A stretch of 64,000 nucleotides of DNA. Source: Endomicrobiia bacterium. Its GTDB lineage: Bacteria > Elusimicrobiota > Endomicrobiia > DTEH01. The notes under the pieces are model-generated. The model did not search any database, had not been told where the DNA came from, and worked only from the letters and a program-made list of their open reading frames with translations. Both the position numbers and the translations under genes were made by a program. Numbering within the stretch: position 1 is the stretch's first letter; every line of letters begins with the position of its first letter. Positions 1 through 10,864 of the stretch are shown here, one piece after another. Location of the stretch: positions 31,984 to 95,983 of the forward strand of contig JBCNUU010000002.1 in the NCBI GenBank assembly GCA_039630545.1, written 5' to 3'.

Positions 1-507
1 TCCAAACTGGACCATGCCAAATTTTTTTTCATGTATAAATATTGGAATTCTTATTTCAGCTATATTAAGCTTTTCTTTTTTTTTATAAAAAGATAAAAGT
101 TCAAACTTTGTTTTTTCCAAAAAATTTTTATGTTTTTTCAAAGAAAAAAAATACAAAGATATTTTGTTCTTTTTTAAGTCTTTTTCTTCTAAAACTGAGG
201 GTTTGTAAGAAGAGTTTGGGTTAAGATAAAAATATATAATATTACCATTATTATCATATAAAGCAAAGTAATATATATCTTTATTTTTTTTAACCTCAGT
301 AATTAAGTTTCTTATAGCTAAAAGATCTATTGTAGGATACACCGAAGATTTAATTTCTTCTATTAAATATTCGGTTTTAGTTTTTAGATTTAACAAAAGG
401 TTATTTTTTATTATGTGATAAATTATAAAAGTGAGTATGGAAGAGAATAATATCAAAGAGGCACTTACAATACTTATTAACTTAGTAGAAAAAGTATTTA
501 ATCTCAT
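1..507 (-). CDS. Membrane sensor protein, probable histidine kinase (N-terminal part; runs off the window edge)
   Basis: Not in the ORF track. Manual translation from ATG (507-505) gives MRLNTFSTKLISIVSASLILFSSILTFIIYHIIK (TM helix), then an extracytoplasmic segment with IYYFALYDNNGNII typical of Cache/PDC-like sensors. Open to position 1 and divergent from an NtrC-family regulator. Confidence 0.6.
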   Translation of the reverse strand, partial: MRLNTFSTKLISIVSASLILFSSILTFIIYHIIKNNLLLNLKTKTEYLIEEIKSSVYPTIDLLAIRNLITEVKKNKDIYYFALYDNNGNIIYFYLNPNSSYKPSVLEEKDLKKNKISLYFFSLKKHKNFLEKTKFELLSFYKKKEKLNIAEIRIPIFIHEKKFGMVQFG

Positions 508-579
508 TTTTATTTTATAATAAATTTTACTAACAAAATCAACAATTAATTTTCAGGGGGATAATTATGTAATAATCTA

Positions 580-608
580 TTGATTAGGTTTTCAAAAAAT
601 AGTAAAAT
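580..608 (+). promoter_or_regulatory. Putative sigma70-type promoter, probably giving a leaderless mRNA
   Basis: TTGATT(580-585)-17 nt-TAAAAT(603-608), 6 nt before ATG 615; no SD. Confidence 0.45.
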
Positions 609-614
609 AAAATT

Positions 615-1976
615 ATGATAGTATTAATCATAGATGATGATATAAATTTATGTAATATACTATCCGAGATATTAGAAAAAACTGGCTATACAAGCATAAT
701 CTCTAATAATTTTGAAGATGCAGTAAATAAAATAAAAAAAGAAAATCCAGATGTAATTTTTCTTGATTTAAATCTACCTGATAAAAATGGATTAAATGCT
801 TTGAAAGAAATAAAAAATATTTGCGAAGAACTACCAGTAATAATAATAACTGGATACGCCACAGTAGAAAATGCAGTGGAAGCAATGAAAATGGGAGCTT
901 TTGATTATCTGGTAAAACCTCTGGATAAAGAAAAAATTACTCTCACTTTACAAAAAGCAATAAATATGAGAATGATTAAAAAAGAATTACATTTATTAAA
1001 GAATAAAATTGAAACACCATCAGAAGAGTTTTTGATAGGTAAAGATAAAAAAATTATGGAAGTATTATCTTTAGTAAAAAAAGTGGCACCCACTAATCTT
1101 ACTGTTTTACTTCAAGGAGAAAGTGGAGTAGGAAAAGGAGAAATAGCAAAACTAATACATAGAACAAGCAACAGAAAAGAAGGACCCTTTATAGTAGTAG
1201 ATTGTGGTTCTATCCCTGATACTTTAATAGAAAGCGAATTATTTGGTTATGAAAAAGGTGCTTTTACAGGAGCTGAAAAAAGAAAAGAAGGTATGTTTGA
1301 ACTAGCTAATAACGGTACCATATTTTTAGATGAAGTATCTAATTTACCCTATTCCGCACAAGCTAAATTATTGAGGTTTCTTCAAGACAAAGAAATACAA
1401 CCTTTAGGCAGTCAAAAACCAATAAAAGTAGATGTTAGAGTGATTGCTGCAAGTAATATCCCATTGGAAGAAAAGGTAAAAACTGGAAGTTTTAGAGAAG
1501 ATCTTTTTCATAGGTTAAACGAATTTATGATATACATTCCACCTTTAAGAGAAAGAGGTGAAGACGTATTTATATTAACAGATTATTTTATAAAACAGGC
1601 TAATAAAGAATTTAACAAAAATGTTAAATCAATTTCTTTTTCTGTTAAAGAATTATTTAAGATGTATAGCTGGCCAGGAAATATCCGAGAGTTGCGCAAT
1701 GTAATAAGAAGAGCAGTTTTACTGGCAGACGATGTTATATATCCAGAACATCTAGCACAGTCTATTCAACTTATATCTTTTAGTAAAGATAACAATAAAC
1801 ATACTTTTTGCAAAAAAGATGAAAATTCAATAAGAAATAAAAAGGATGATGAAATACAAAAAATAAAAGAAGCTTTAATTATAGCAAAATATAATAAAAA
1901 AAAAGCAGCAAAGTTATTAGGAATAACCAGACAGGCTCTTTATTATAAACTAAAAAAGTATAAAATTGACATATAA
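615..1976 (+). CDS. Sigma-54-dependent response regulator (NtrC/AtoC family; REC-AAA+-Fis HTH)
   Basis: Receiver (LIIDDD, FLDLNLPD, KP), Walker A GESGVGKG, GAFTGA, Walker B IFLDEV, WPGNIREL, C-terminal AAKLLGITRQALYYKL. Confidence 0.95.
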   Translation: MIVLIIDDDINLCNILSEILEKTGYTSIISNNFEDAVNKIKKENPDVIFLDLNLPDKNGLNALKEIKNICEELPVIIITGYATVENAVEAMKMGAFDYLVKPLDKEKITLTLQKAINMRMIKKELHLLKNKIETPSEEFLIGKDKKIMEVLSLVKKVAPTNLTVLLQGESGVGKGEIAKLIHRTSNRKEGPFIVVDCGSIPDTLIESELFGYEKGAFTGAEKRKEGMFELANNGTIFLDEVSNLPYSAQAKLLRFLQDKEIQPLGSQKPIKVDVRVIAASNIPLEEKVKTGSFREDLFHRLNEFMIYIPPLRERGEDVFILTDYFIKQANKEFNKNVKSISFSVKELFKMYSWPGNIRELRNVIRRAVLLADDVIYPEHLAQSIQLISFSKDNNKHTFCKKDENSIRNKKDDEIQKIKEALIIAKYNKKKAAKLLGITRQALYYKLKKYKIDI

Positions 1977-2450
1977 ATGCAAAAAAATACGAAATTAGTT
2001 TATGTGAACAAAAAAATTTTTCATAACTACGATGTAATAGATACTTATCAGGCAGGTATTGTACTTAAAGGAAGCGAAGTAAAATCTATAAGAGAAGGCA
2101 ATATAGACATAAGAGATGCTTACTGCGTTATAAAAAGAAATGAAGTATGGTTGATAAACTCAAAGATTGCACCTTACAGTAAATCCTCACATGTTAAGTT
2201 GCCGATAGATAGAGAAAGAAAATTATTGTTACATAAAGATGAAATAAAAAAAATAATTGGAAAAATTTCTCAAAAAGGATTGTCTTTACTCCCTACTAAA
2301 ATTTATTTTAATGAAAGAAATTATGTAAAGGTAGAAATAGCTCTCTGCAAATATAAAAAAATTTACGACAGAAGAGAAGAAATTAAAAGAAAAGAACTAA
2401 AACGTGAATTAGAAGCTTATAAAAAGCATAATTATCAACAATGGAAATAA
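1977..2450 (+). CDS. smpB: SsrA-binding protein SmpB
   Basis: NKKIFHNY, AGIVLKGSEVKSIR, RERKLLLHK motifs; 157 aa. Confidence 0.97.
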   Translation: MQKNTKLVYVNKKIFHNYDVIDTYQAGIVLKGSEVKSIREGNIDIRDAYCVIKRNEVWLINSKIAPYSKSSHVKLPIDRERKLLLHKDEIKKIIGKISQKGLSLLPTKIYFNERNYVKVEIALCKYKKIYDRREEIKRKELKRELEAYKKHNYQQWK

Positions 2451-3058
2451 GAAAAGATTCTATTCTTGAAATTTTTAAGAGATTAGGTGCATTACTTGAA
2501 GGTCATTTTTTACTTTCTTCAGGGCTTCACAGTGACAGATATATTCAATGTGCTTTAGTATTTCAATATCCAGACATAGCAGAAAAAATTGCAATATTAT
2601 TATTTGAAGAAATAAGAAATAATTTTAATAGGTGGGAAGAAATAAATCTTATTGTTTCTCCAGCATTAGGAGGAATAATTATAGGTCAAGAAATTGCTAG
2701 AGTACTTAAAACATTTACTGTTAAAAAAATCAGAGCTATTTTTACAGAAAGGGATAGCAATGGTAAAATGAGTTTAAGAAGAAATTTTGATATTAAGTCT
2801 GACGATAAGGTTTTAATAGTAGAAGATGTGTTAACTACTGGGAAATCCACTAACGAAGTAATTGAAGTAGTAAGGGAAAAAAATGCAGAGATACTAGCTT
2901 TAGCCAGTGTAGTCAATAGAGCTTCTGAGGATTTGAAATTAGGTTATCCATATTTTTATCTTGTAGGTATTAAAATAAATAATTATCAGCCACAAGAATG
3001 CCCTCTGTGTAAGAAAGGTATAGAGTTAGTAAAACCCGGCAGCAGAAAAATTTTTTAA
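2441..3058 (+). CDS. pyrE: Orotate phosphoribosyltransferase
   Basis: GHFLLSSGLHSDRYIQ and PRPP-binding VLIVEDVLTTGKS; C-terminal CPLC...KPGSR. Confidence 0.95.
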   Translation: MEIRKDSILEIFKRLGALLEGHFLLSSGLHSDRYIQCALVFQYPDIAEKIAILLFEEIRNNFNRWEEINLIVSPALGGIIIGQEIARVLKTFTVKKIRAIFTERDSNGKMSLRRNFDIKSDDKVLIVEDVLTTGKSTNEVIEVVREKNAEILALASVVNRASEDLKLGYPYFYLVGIKINNYQPQECPLCKKGIELVKPGSRKIF

Positions 3059-3091
3059 CTTTTCTTTTAATTTTGGACTTTTCTAAAATAT

Positions 3092-3973
3092 ATGAGGAAA
3101 TATAAATATATACAAGAAGATGTGCTCAAACAGATTAGTGCTCTAACCTTAGAGATAAAAGAAAAAACAAATGGTATTTTTTCTGGTAAACATACAAGCT
3201 GGCTTATAGGAAGGTCTTTAGATTTTTTACAGCATAGAGAATATTATGCAGGTGATGATATAAAACTTATAGATTGGAAAATATATGGTCGTAGAGATAA
3301 GTTTTTTATTAAACAATTCCACCAGGAAACTAATTTAGAAGTGAATTTTTTTATTGATTGTTCTTTATCAATGTGGTATCCTGAATACAGTTTAACAAAG
3401 TATGAATATGCAAGTTTTCTTTGTTCTTATCTTAGTTATATACTATTAAATCAAAACGATAAAGTAGGCATTATCAGATTTGATCATGAAATTAAAGATA
3501 TATTGTCTAGTTCATCTACAGAAGGATTTTATTATAAAATATTAGAATTTTTAGAAAATGAAATAAAAGGTTCACACTCTGATTTCAAAAATCTTGTTAA
3601 AAAAATTTTAAACCAATTTAAGAAAAAAAGTTTGATTATTTTAATTTCTGATTTAATCTCTGAAGATGAAACCATAACAGTCAAATTGCTAAAAAATGTG
3701 GCTTCTTATGGAATAAACTTAATGATATTACATACTGTTTGTTTAGAAGAAAAAGAATTAGATTTAAGTTATGAAAATGTTAAATTTAAAGATATAGAAA
3801 ATGAAGATATAGAAATAAAGACAAATATTGTAGAAATAAAAGATCTTTATAAAATGAAATTTTCCAATTTAATAAACTATTATAATAGGGAGCTAAATGG
3901 AGAAAACATAAAATATAAAACAATATATACTTTTTTGCCAGTTTTAGAAAATTTGAAATTTATTTTAGAATAA
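3092..3973 (+). CDS. DUF58 domain protein (vWA-like, MoxR-associated)
   Basis: GKHTS..GRSLDFLQHREYYAGDDIKLIDWK, MIDAS-like DCSLSM, ILISD. Confidence 0.9.
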   Translation: MRKYKYIQEDVLKQISALTLEIKEKTNGIFSGKHTSWLIGRSLDFLQHREYYAGDDIKLIDWKIYGRRDKFFIKQFHQETNLEVNFFIDCSLSMWYPEYSLTKYEYASFLCSYLSYILLNQNDKVGIIRFDHEIKDILSSSSTEGFYYKILEFLENEIKGSHSDFKNLVKKILNQFKKKSLIILISDLISEDETITVKLLKNVASYGINLMILHTVCLEEKELDLSYENVKFKDIENEDIEIKTNIVEIKDLYKMKFSNLINYYNRELNGENIKYKTIYTFLPVLENLKFILE

Positions 3974-3976
3974 ATT

Positions 3977-5989
3977 ATGATCTATTTTTATAATAAATTT
4001 ATCTTGTTTTTTTTACCGTTAAGCTTTTTGCCTTTAATACTTCATCTTATTTTTGAAAAAAGAACCAAAACGATTAGATTTACTTATATTAATTTAATCC
4101 GCAAAGTAATATCAGAATACTCACCTAAAAAGAAACTAATAGATATTTTAGTTATGATTTTAAGGTGCTTAATAATAATGTTTGTTATTTTATTTTTTGC
4201 TACACCTGTAATATATCATAATCCTCTTAAAGAAACATCATTGAATTTAATGTTAGCATTAGATACTTCTTTCTCAATGCAGCAAAAAGTAATAAACACT
4301 ACTAAGTTAAATTTATGTAAATTATATCTAATAGATTTAATAAAACATTTGCAGAGGTATCCTGTTAAATTAAAAATTGTAACCTTTAATGATTCGGTGA
4401 AAATTTTATACGATGGCAACTATGAACAAATAAGTTATCCAGAACTTATTAAAAAAATTTCAAATATTCCTGAAACTTATCATTTGACAAATCTGGGAGC
4501 TTTATTAGAATATGTGGAATCTTATAAAAATCCAATTGATAAAATAATTGTATTAACAGATTTAGCTGAACATATTTCAAATTTTGATGAATTTGTTGTT
4601 GATAAAAAACAAAAGATTGAAAATTATAAACCCGATATTTTATTCTGTTATCCTGAATACGATGAGGGAAATTTTTATATAAAAAATTTAGAATTATATT
4701 TAAATAAAGATGAAGATTTTTTAGAACTTAACTTTAATGTGTTTTCATCCATCCAATCAAAAAATAAAATAAATGTTAAACTTTTCAAAGATGAGCTTCT
4801 GGTTGATAATAAAAATGTTACTCTCTCGGAAAACAGTAAGTTTAATTATTTTTTACAAAAAGAAAACAATTTAAGAGGACACTTGAGTCTACCTGTTGAC
4901 TCTATAAACAACGATAACAATTTTTATTTTACATTTAATGCGAACAAAACCAAAACTAAAATTCTATGTTTTATAAACGAACCAATATACCTGAAAGGAA
5001 TACATAGTAAAAAATTTTACATAGAAAATTTATCTCATTCTGATTTTAATATAAAAATAATTGTTCCTGAAGAAAATATGGTTTTCATTGAAAATTTTTA
5101 TGATGGAATAATCTGCGTAGATATTAATAAAATAGAAGATATCTACAAATATTTAGAAGAAGACAAAATAAAAATATTTTTTATAAATGAAACAATAGAT
5201 GTGTTATCATATGAATCTTTTCTAAAAGGCATAGAATTTATAGAGCCACAAAAAAATAATTCCGGGTTTAGCTTAAATTTTTCTTCAGACATAAATGAAG
5301 AATTTAAAAGTTTCTTTGAACAATTTGATTATAAAAATATAAAAGTGTATAAAAAATACTTTATAAATGTGGTTGACAAAGAAAAATGGAAAGTTTTGTT
5401 TCAATTTTCTGATGGTTCTCCAGCCGTTATAACCGATCAAAAAACTTATCTATTTAGTTTTTCTATTTCTAAGGAAGATTCTAATTATGTTTATAAACCA
5501 CTTTTTTCAGGTTTTATAAATTATATTTTTAAAAAAATAAATTCTAAAATAAATTTAAAACCATATTATTACATTTCAGAACCTATCTTTTTAAATGATG
5601 AAATAAAAGATATAACTCCTTTAATTTCTTATTATAAATTTTCTTCAACCGAGTTTTATGAAAAAATATCTGACAATATAGTAAAATTTAATATTCCGGG
5701 AATTTATAAGCTTAATATTCAACAAAAAGAACCTGTTTATGTGGCTGTAAATATACCTCATAATGAGAGTTCTGTGACAATTATTGATAAAAATTACTTC
5801 AAAAAACAAATAAGTTCAAAAAGAATCTTTAATAATATAAGTTTTTTAGATATACTTAAAAGAAACTCAAAAGAGCAATTTTTAAAATGGTGTTTTGGCA
5901 GAGAATTTTCTAATGAAATTTTAATAATGATTGCAATAATATTAATCATAGAAACAATTTTGTCAAGATTAGGTAAAAGAGTTGTATAA
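3977..5989 (+). CDS. BatA N-terminal domain / vWA membrane protein
   Basis: N-terminal double TM with LPLILHL...LRCL...FATP, MIDAS DTSFSM, C-terminal TM with E...R. Confidence 0.8.
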   Translation: MIYFYNKFILFFLPLSFLPLILHLIFEKRTKTIRFTYINLIRKVISEYSPKKKLIDILVMILRCLIIMFVILFFATPVIYHNPLKETSLNLMLALDTSFSMQQKVINTTKLNLCKLYLIDLIKHLQRYPVKLKIVTFNDSVKILYDGNYEQISYPELIKKISNIPETYHLTNLGALLEYVESYKNPIDKIIVLTDLAEHISNFDEFVVDKKQKIENYKPDILFCYPEYDEGNFYIKNLELYLNKDEDFLELNFNVFSSIQSKNKINVKLFKDELLVDNKNVTLSENSKFNYFLQKENNLRGHLSLPVDSINNDNNFYFTFNANKTKTKILCFINEPIYLKGIHSKKFYIENLSHSDFNIKIIVPEENMVFIENFYDGIICVDINKIEDIYKYLEEDKIKIFFINETIDVLSYESFLKGIEFIEPQKNNSGFSLNFSSDINEEFKSFFEQFDYKNIKVYKKYFINVVDKEKWKVLFQFSDGSPAVITDQKTYLFSFSISKEDSNYVYKPLFSGFINYIFKKINSKINLKPYYYISEPIFLNDEIKDITPLISYYKFSSTEFYEKISDNIVKFNIPGIYKLNIQQKEPVYVAVNIPHNESSVTIIDKNYFKKQISSKRIFNNISFLDILKRNSKEQFLKWCFGREFSNEILIMIAIILIIETILSRLGKRVV

Positions 5990-6726
5990 TGAGAAGTATT
6001 TATCTTATTGTAACAATTATATTTTTTTTGTTTTTTTACATTTTTCCGGCTGATAAATTTATATTTGCCTATCTTAAATATCCTGGTAACTGGGATCCAT
6101 ATCCTAATATACATAATGATATTTTAGAAATTCTTGAGCTTACTACGAGCGTAAATGTGGAAAAACAAAGAATTGTGTTGGATCTTATGTCAGACAGGTT
6201 GAAATATGAGATTTCAAAAGTCCCTTTTGTTATATTAGTTGGCAATGATGAAGTAGTTATTCCTTTAAAGAACATAAAAGTTTTAAGAGACTATGCAGTA
6301 AGTGGGGGAACTATTTTTATAGAAGATGTTTCTGAGTTATATAACAGCAGATTTGATGAATCTATAAGAAAAATTTTAAAATTGATGTTTCCCGAATATA
6401 AGCTTAAAAAAACAGATAAAGATTATGTATTAATGAAATCTTTTTATTTAATCCGTAAAGTTACAGGAAGAATAGCAATGTATAATTATTTAGAATACAT
6501 TGAACATGAAAACCGCCCAATTATTATTTATTCAAGAAACAATATGATTTCATGTTGGGCACGAGATAGGTTAGGAAACTACATATATAACTGTATACCT
6601 GATGGAGAACAACAAAGGTTTAACTCTCAAAAGCTTTTTCTTAACATAATAATGTATTCTTTATGTGGCACATATAAAATGGATAAAGTTCATCAACCAT
6701 ATATTGAAGAAAGGCTAAAAAGGTGA
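5989..6726 (+). CDS. DUF4159 domain protein
   Basis: Signal peptide, GNWDPYP, LRDYAVSGGTIFIED, NIIMYSLCGTYKMDKVH; usual position in this cluster. Confidence 0.85.
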   Translation: MRSIYLIVTIIFFLFFYIFPADKFIFAYLKYPGNWDPYPNIHNDILEILELTTSVNVEKQRIVLDLMSDRLKYEISKVPFVILVGNDEVVIPLKNIKVLRDYAVSGGTIFIEDVSELYNSRFDESIRKILKLMFPEYKLKKTDKDYVLMKSFYLIRKVTGRIAMYNYLEYIEHENRPIIIYSRNNMISCWARDRLGNYIYNCIPDGEQQRFNSQKLFLNIIMYSLCGTYKMDKVHQPYIEERLKR

Positions 6727-8816
6727 TTGTTCTAAAAACTACTTTAGTAGCAATCATACTTTTTTTAATTTATGTTATTGTAGGTGTTTATACTGTAATT
6801 AAAGCGAATAAAAATTTAGTTAAATTTTTAAGATTAGTTTTGTTTCTGCTTATAACAATTATGTTATTTAATTTAGGATATAAAATTCCTCATAGAACTG
6901 AAAACATAAATGTGGTATTTATGGTAGATAATTCTTATAGTATGAGTATAAATAACCGTCTTCAAAAAATTAAAAATTTTCTTAAAAAATATGAAAAAAT
7001 AAAAAAACACGTTTTTAAAATATATACTTTTAATGATGAGTTATATGAGACTAAAAGCTTAGAAGAAATATCTATCTCTAACAGGACAACTTTAATCAAT
7101 TCTTGTATTGATAAACTTTTATCTGAAATTAACCAGCCTTCTTTGGTATTTTTATTTTCTGATGGAATAAACTCTACAAATGAACTTCCTTCTATAAAAA
7201 AAGAAAAAGCAAAAGTTATTCCTATTTTCATATATGACGAAAATTTCAAAGATAAATCAATCTTAGATATTAGATACAGCAAATTGGCTTTTAAAAATGT
7301 TGAATACGAATTAAAAGCGTATATATATAACTGGGGTTATAAAGATACCACTGAAATAAACCTAGTTGATTTAGAAACAAATGAGATTATTTTTAAAAAC
7401 AATTTTTATCTAAAAGAAGGGAAAAATGAAATCATTATAAAATTTTTACCTAAAAAAATAGGGTATAATAAATTAAAGTTAGAATTAAAACCCTCCATTG
7501 ATGAAGCCAATTATGAAAATAATTATGCCTTTTTAAATATAGAAGTTAAAAAGAACAAAATAAGAGTTTTATACCTATGTGGACAACCTTCAGCAGAGTA
7601 TTTTAATTTAAGAAGTTTACTTAAAAACGATCCTTACATTGATTTAGTTTCTTTTGTAATTTTAAGAAATCCAGACGACATCTCTATTGTTTCTGATATT
7701 GATTCTGCTTTAATTCCATTTCCTACATATGATATATTTATAAAAGAATTGAATAGTTTTGATTTAGTGATCTTTGAAAATTTTACTTATCATAGATTTG
7801 GAATTCCTTTAGAGTATTTGGAAAACTTAAAAAAATTTGTTATTTCAGGTGGTGGGTTTATTATGATTGGCGGTTTAAATTCTTTCTTTTTAGGAGGTTA
7901 TAAATTTACGCCCTTAGAAGAAATACTTCCTGTATATTTGTCTGAAAAAGAGCAATTTATATATGAAGAAATAAAACCTGATTATGTAAATCTTAATGAT
8001 AAATTAACCAAAATATTAGAAGATACCACTGAAAATGAACTTTTATGGAAAAATTTACCTTCTTTAGGAAATTATCAAACAATTTCAGCTAAAGAAGACG
8101 CTATTGTATTGTTAAAGTATAAAAATATACCCATCATGTGTTATGCTAAAAAAAATAAAGGCAGGGTTTTTGTTTCGGCTACAAATTCTACATGGAGATG
8201 GCGCATTGGAAATGTTTTGTCTGAAAGATTTAACTTTAAAGATCTATATGATAAATTCTGGAAAAAAGTCATATATTTTTGTGCTGGTACAGAAGATCTA
8301 AAAAACATAAGCATAATATCTGATGAAGTTTATAAAAAGAATGAAGAAGTAGAAATTAATATTTTGTTATCCAATATTTCCAATATAATTTCAATAGACT
8401 CATATTTAATTTTACCCGATTCTTCAAAAAAAATTTTAAAAATAAAAAAATTACAAAAAGATAGATATTCTATAAATTTTATACCAAATATAGTTGGGAA
8501 ATATAATATTACTGTAGTTGTGAAAACACCCACAAGTTTTTTAAAAGAAGAAAAAAGTATAGATATTGTTGAATCGAATTATAAAGAAATTTCCTATTTA
8601 AAGCCTGATATTGATTATATGCAAAAATTAGCAGATTTTTATAATTCTGAAGTAAAAAATTTAAATACTCTGGATATTTTTGAAATTATTTCAAATTTTA
8701 AAAAAGAATTTTCTAAATCATATGCTGAAACTATTTGGTTATATAAGCACGAATTTTTATTTTTTATCTTTATTGTGGTATTTATTCTTGAAATTTATAT
8801 TGCGAGATTTAAGTAA
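6723..8816 (+). CDS. vWA / Ig-like / glutamine-amidotransferase-like membrane protein
   Basis: GTG start overlapping the upstream stop; TMs, MIDAS DNSYSM, FSDG, DEANYENN, GGGFIMIGG, TWRW, C-terminal TM. Confidence 0.8.
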   Translation: MIVLKTTLVAIILFLIYVIVGVYTVIKANKNLVKFLRLVLFLLITIMLFNLGYKIPHRTENINVVFMVDNSYSMSINNRLQKIKNFLKKYEKIKKHVFKIYTFNDELYETKSLEEISISNRTTLINSCIDKLLSEINQPSLVFLFSDGINSTNELPSIKKEKAKVIPIFIYDENFKDKSILDIRYSKLAFKNVEYELKAYIYNWGYKDTTEINLVDLETNEIIFKNNFYLKEGKNEIIIKFLPKKIGYNKLKLELKPSIDEANYENNYAFLNIEVKKNKIRVLYLCGQPSAEYFNLRSLLKNDPYIDLVSFVILRNPDDISIVSDIDSALIPFPTYDIFIKELNSFDLVIFENFTYHRFGIPLEYLENLKKFVISGGGFIMIGGLNSFFLGGYKFTPLEEILPVYLSEKEQFIYEEIKPDYVNLNDKLTKILEDTTENELLWKNLPSLGNYQTISAKEDAIVLLKYKNIPIMCYAKKNKGRVFVSATNSTWRWRIGNVLSERFNFKDLYDKFWKKVIYFCAGTEDLKNISIISDEVYKKNEEVEINILLSNISNIISIDSYLILPDSSKKILKIKKLQKDRYSINFIPNIVGKYNITVVVKTPTSFLKEEKSIDIVESNYKEISYLKPDIDYMQKLADFYNSEVKNLNTLDIFEIISNFKKEFSKSYAETIWLYKHEFLFFIFIVVFILEIYIARFK

Positions 8817-10864
8817 TGAAATTTAAAGTATTGATATGGTTTATATTGATATCAGTATATTTAATACTTTTGTATAATGTCTCTCCTTATGTTAACAGTG
8901 GAGATAGTGGAGAACTTATTACCGTTGCTTGTACGTTGGGTGTAGCCCACAGTCCTGGCTATCCTTTATACTCCTTACTTGGTAAAATTTTTTGTTACCT
9001 TATTCCATATGGCAATTATGCTTATAGAATGAATGTAATGAATGTATTACTTTCTATTTTTACTTTGATTTCGTTTATTTCTTTTCTTTTCCGATTATAC
9101 AATGATAACTTCAGAATAATTTTTGGAATAGGTGTGTTTTTATCTTTTTTATTTTCAGAGTCATACTTTAGAAATACAGTTCAAGCAGAAGTTTTTATCT
9201 TAAATATTTTTTTAGCTAACTTGCTAATGATTTGGTCGTATAAGGAAATAAAAAAACCATCTCTTAAAAATTGGTACTTTTTATCCTTCTTAACGGGTTT
9301 ATCACTGGGAAATCATCATACTATAGTATTTTTTGTTCCTTCTTTGATTTTTATTTTTTTTATAAATAAAATCAACATAAAAAAGATACCTCTTTTATTT
9401 TTATTTTTTATTTTAGGCTTCAGTATTTATTCAGTTTTACCTTTAAGAGCTGCTAAGGAGCCTTACTTTAACTGGGGAAATCCTAGAAAATTAAAAAACT
9501 TATACAGAGTTATCACAAGAAAAGACTACGGAACTTTCCAGCTTACTGTGGAAAAACCTTTAAAGTATGATTTTAATAACCTTTCCTTTCAATGTTACAG
9601 ATTTTTTAAAAAAGTGAATAACGATTTAGGTATATTCTTAATTATTTTGATATTTTTAAGTTTTATTAAATTATATTTTTCATGTAAGATTTTATTTTTT
9701 TATTTGATTTCAGGATATTTACTTTCAGGCATTGGATTTCTAATTTTATCTAATCTGCCTTCATCTGAACTATACGATGGAATTCTTGAAAGGTTTTATA
9801 TACTTCCAAACTTTATAGGTATTTCAACCGTAATTTTTGCCGCTACCTATATAGATAAAAAATTTTTAAAAATTATGTTTCTTATGGTTTTATTTAGCAT
9901 AATTAAAAATTTAACAATAAATTTCCACAGATGTAATTATAGAAATTACTATCTTAACTACGATTACGGATTAAATATCATGAAAACTTTATTAAAAAAT
10001 AGTTTTTTATTAATGGATGGGGGTGACGATACTTTTTATACTTTAGGATACATGCAAGGAGTTGAAAAAAGAAGAACTGATGTAAAATTGCATGACAGAG
10101 GAGGTTTAGTCTTTAAAAGCATATATGGAGAGGATTTCAGAAGTTTAACAAAAGAAGAAAAAGAAAAAAGAAGAATAGAAATAGAAAAAATTTTGGTTAA
10201 AAAGTTTCCTGTATTTTATTCAACATTTAATAAAAACATCTTACCAGAAACAAAATTAAGATATGCTGGAGTAGTTTATGTGGTAGAGACAAATTTCTTA
10301 CCTTCTTATTATAAAAAGAGTTTTTTTAGAGAGATTTATTCCTATAGAACCATATATGACAAATATTATGACTATAGAAGTAAAGCTCTTGTTCCCATAT
10401 ATCTTTTTATGGAAGCAACAAATGAAGAAGATGTTTACAAAAAAGTTAAACTTTTAAAATTATGTTATTTTTTATGGAAAGAGGTTGATTGGTTAAAAAA
10501 CAACATAAAAATAGAACTTCATAATGAAGCTTATAAAATATTGAATGATGGAGATATAGCTTTAGCAAAAGATATATATGAATTTATTTTAAGAATTGAC
10601 CCAAATGATACAAACGCTTTGTTAAATTTAGGAGTAATATTTGAAAAACTTAACCAATTTGATCTGGCAAAAACTTATTATTATAAGGTTATAGAGATGA
10701 ATCCTTATAATCCAACCGCATATTATAATTTAGGAGTTATTTTCTGGAAAGAATCAAACTGGGATAAAGTAATTGAGTATTTTAATAAAGTTTTAAAAAT
10801 TCAACCAGATAATCAACAAATAAGAAATTATATTGAATATGCAATTAAAAAAAGAAAATCTTAA
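8816..10864 (+). CDS. DUF2723 / TMEM260-like GT-C glycosyltransferase with C-terminal TPRs (paralog 1)
   Basis: GDSGELITVACTLGVAHSPGYPLY, QAEVF, GNHH, NWGNP, GGDDT; about 10 TMs; TPRs. Confidence 0.88.
   Translation: MKFKVLIWFILISVYLILLYNVSPYVNSGDSGELITVACTLGVAHSPGYPLYSLLGKIFCYLIPYGNYAYRMNVMNVLLSIFTLISFISFLFRLYNDNFRIIFGIGVFLSFLFSESYFRNTVQAEVFILNIFLANLLMIWSYKEIKKPSLKNWYFLSFLTGLSLGNHHTIVFFVPSLIFIFFINKINIKKIPLLFLFFILGFSIYSVLPLRAAKEPYFNWGNPRKLKNLYRVITRKDYGTFQLTVEKPLKYDFNNLSFQCYRFFKKVNNDLGIFLIILIFLSFIKLYFSCKILFFYLISGYLLSGIGFLILSNLPSSELYDGILERFYILPNFIGISTVIFAATYIDKKFLKIMFLMVLFSIIKNLTINFHRCNYRNYYLNYDYGLNIMKTLLKNSFLLMDGGDDTFYTLGYMQGVEKRRTDVKLHDRGGLVFKSIYGEDFRSLTKEEKEKRRIEIEKILVKKFPVFYSTFNKNILPETKLRYAGVVYVVETNFLPSYYKKSFFREIYSYRTIYDKYYDYRSKALVPIYLFMEATNEEDVYKKVKLLKLCYFLWKEVDWLKNNIKIELHNEAYKILNDGDIALAKDIYEFILRIDPNDTNALLNLGVIFEKLNQFDLAKTYYYKVIEMNPYNPTAYYNLGVIFWKESNWDKVIEYFNKVLKIQPDNQQIRNYIEYAIKKRKS

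Noticed and set aside
1977..3091. tmRNA (ssrA) next to smpB
   Set aside because: No intergenic space and no tRNA-like ends; smpB overlaps pyrE.
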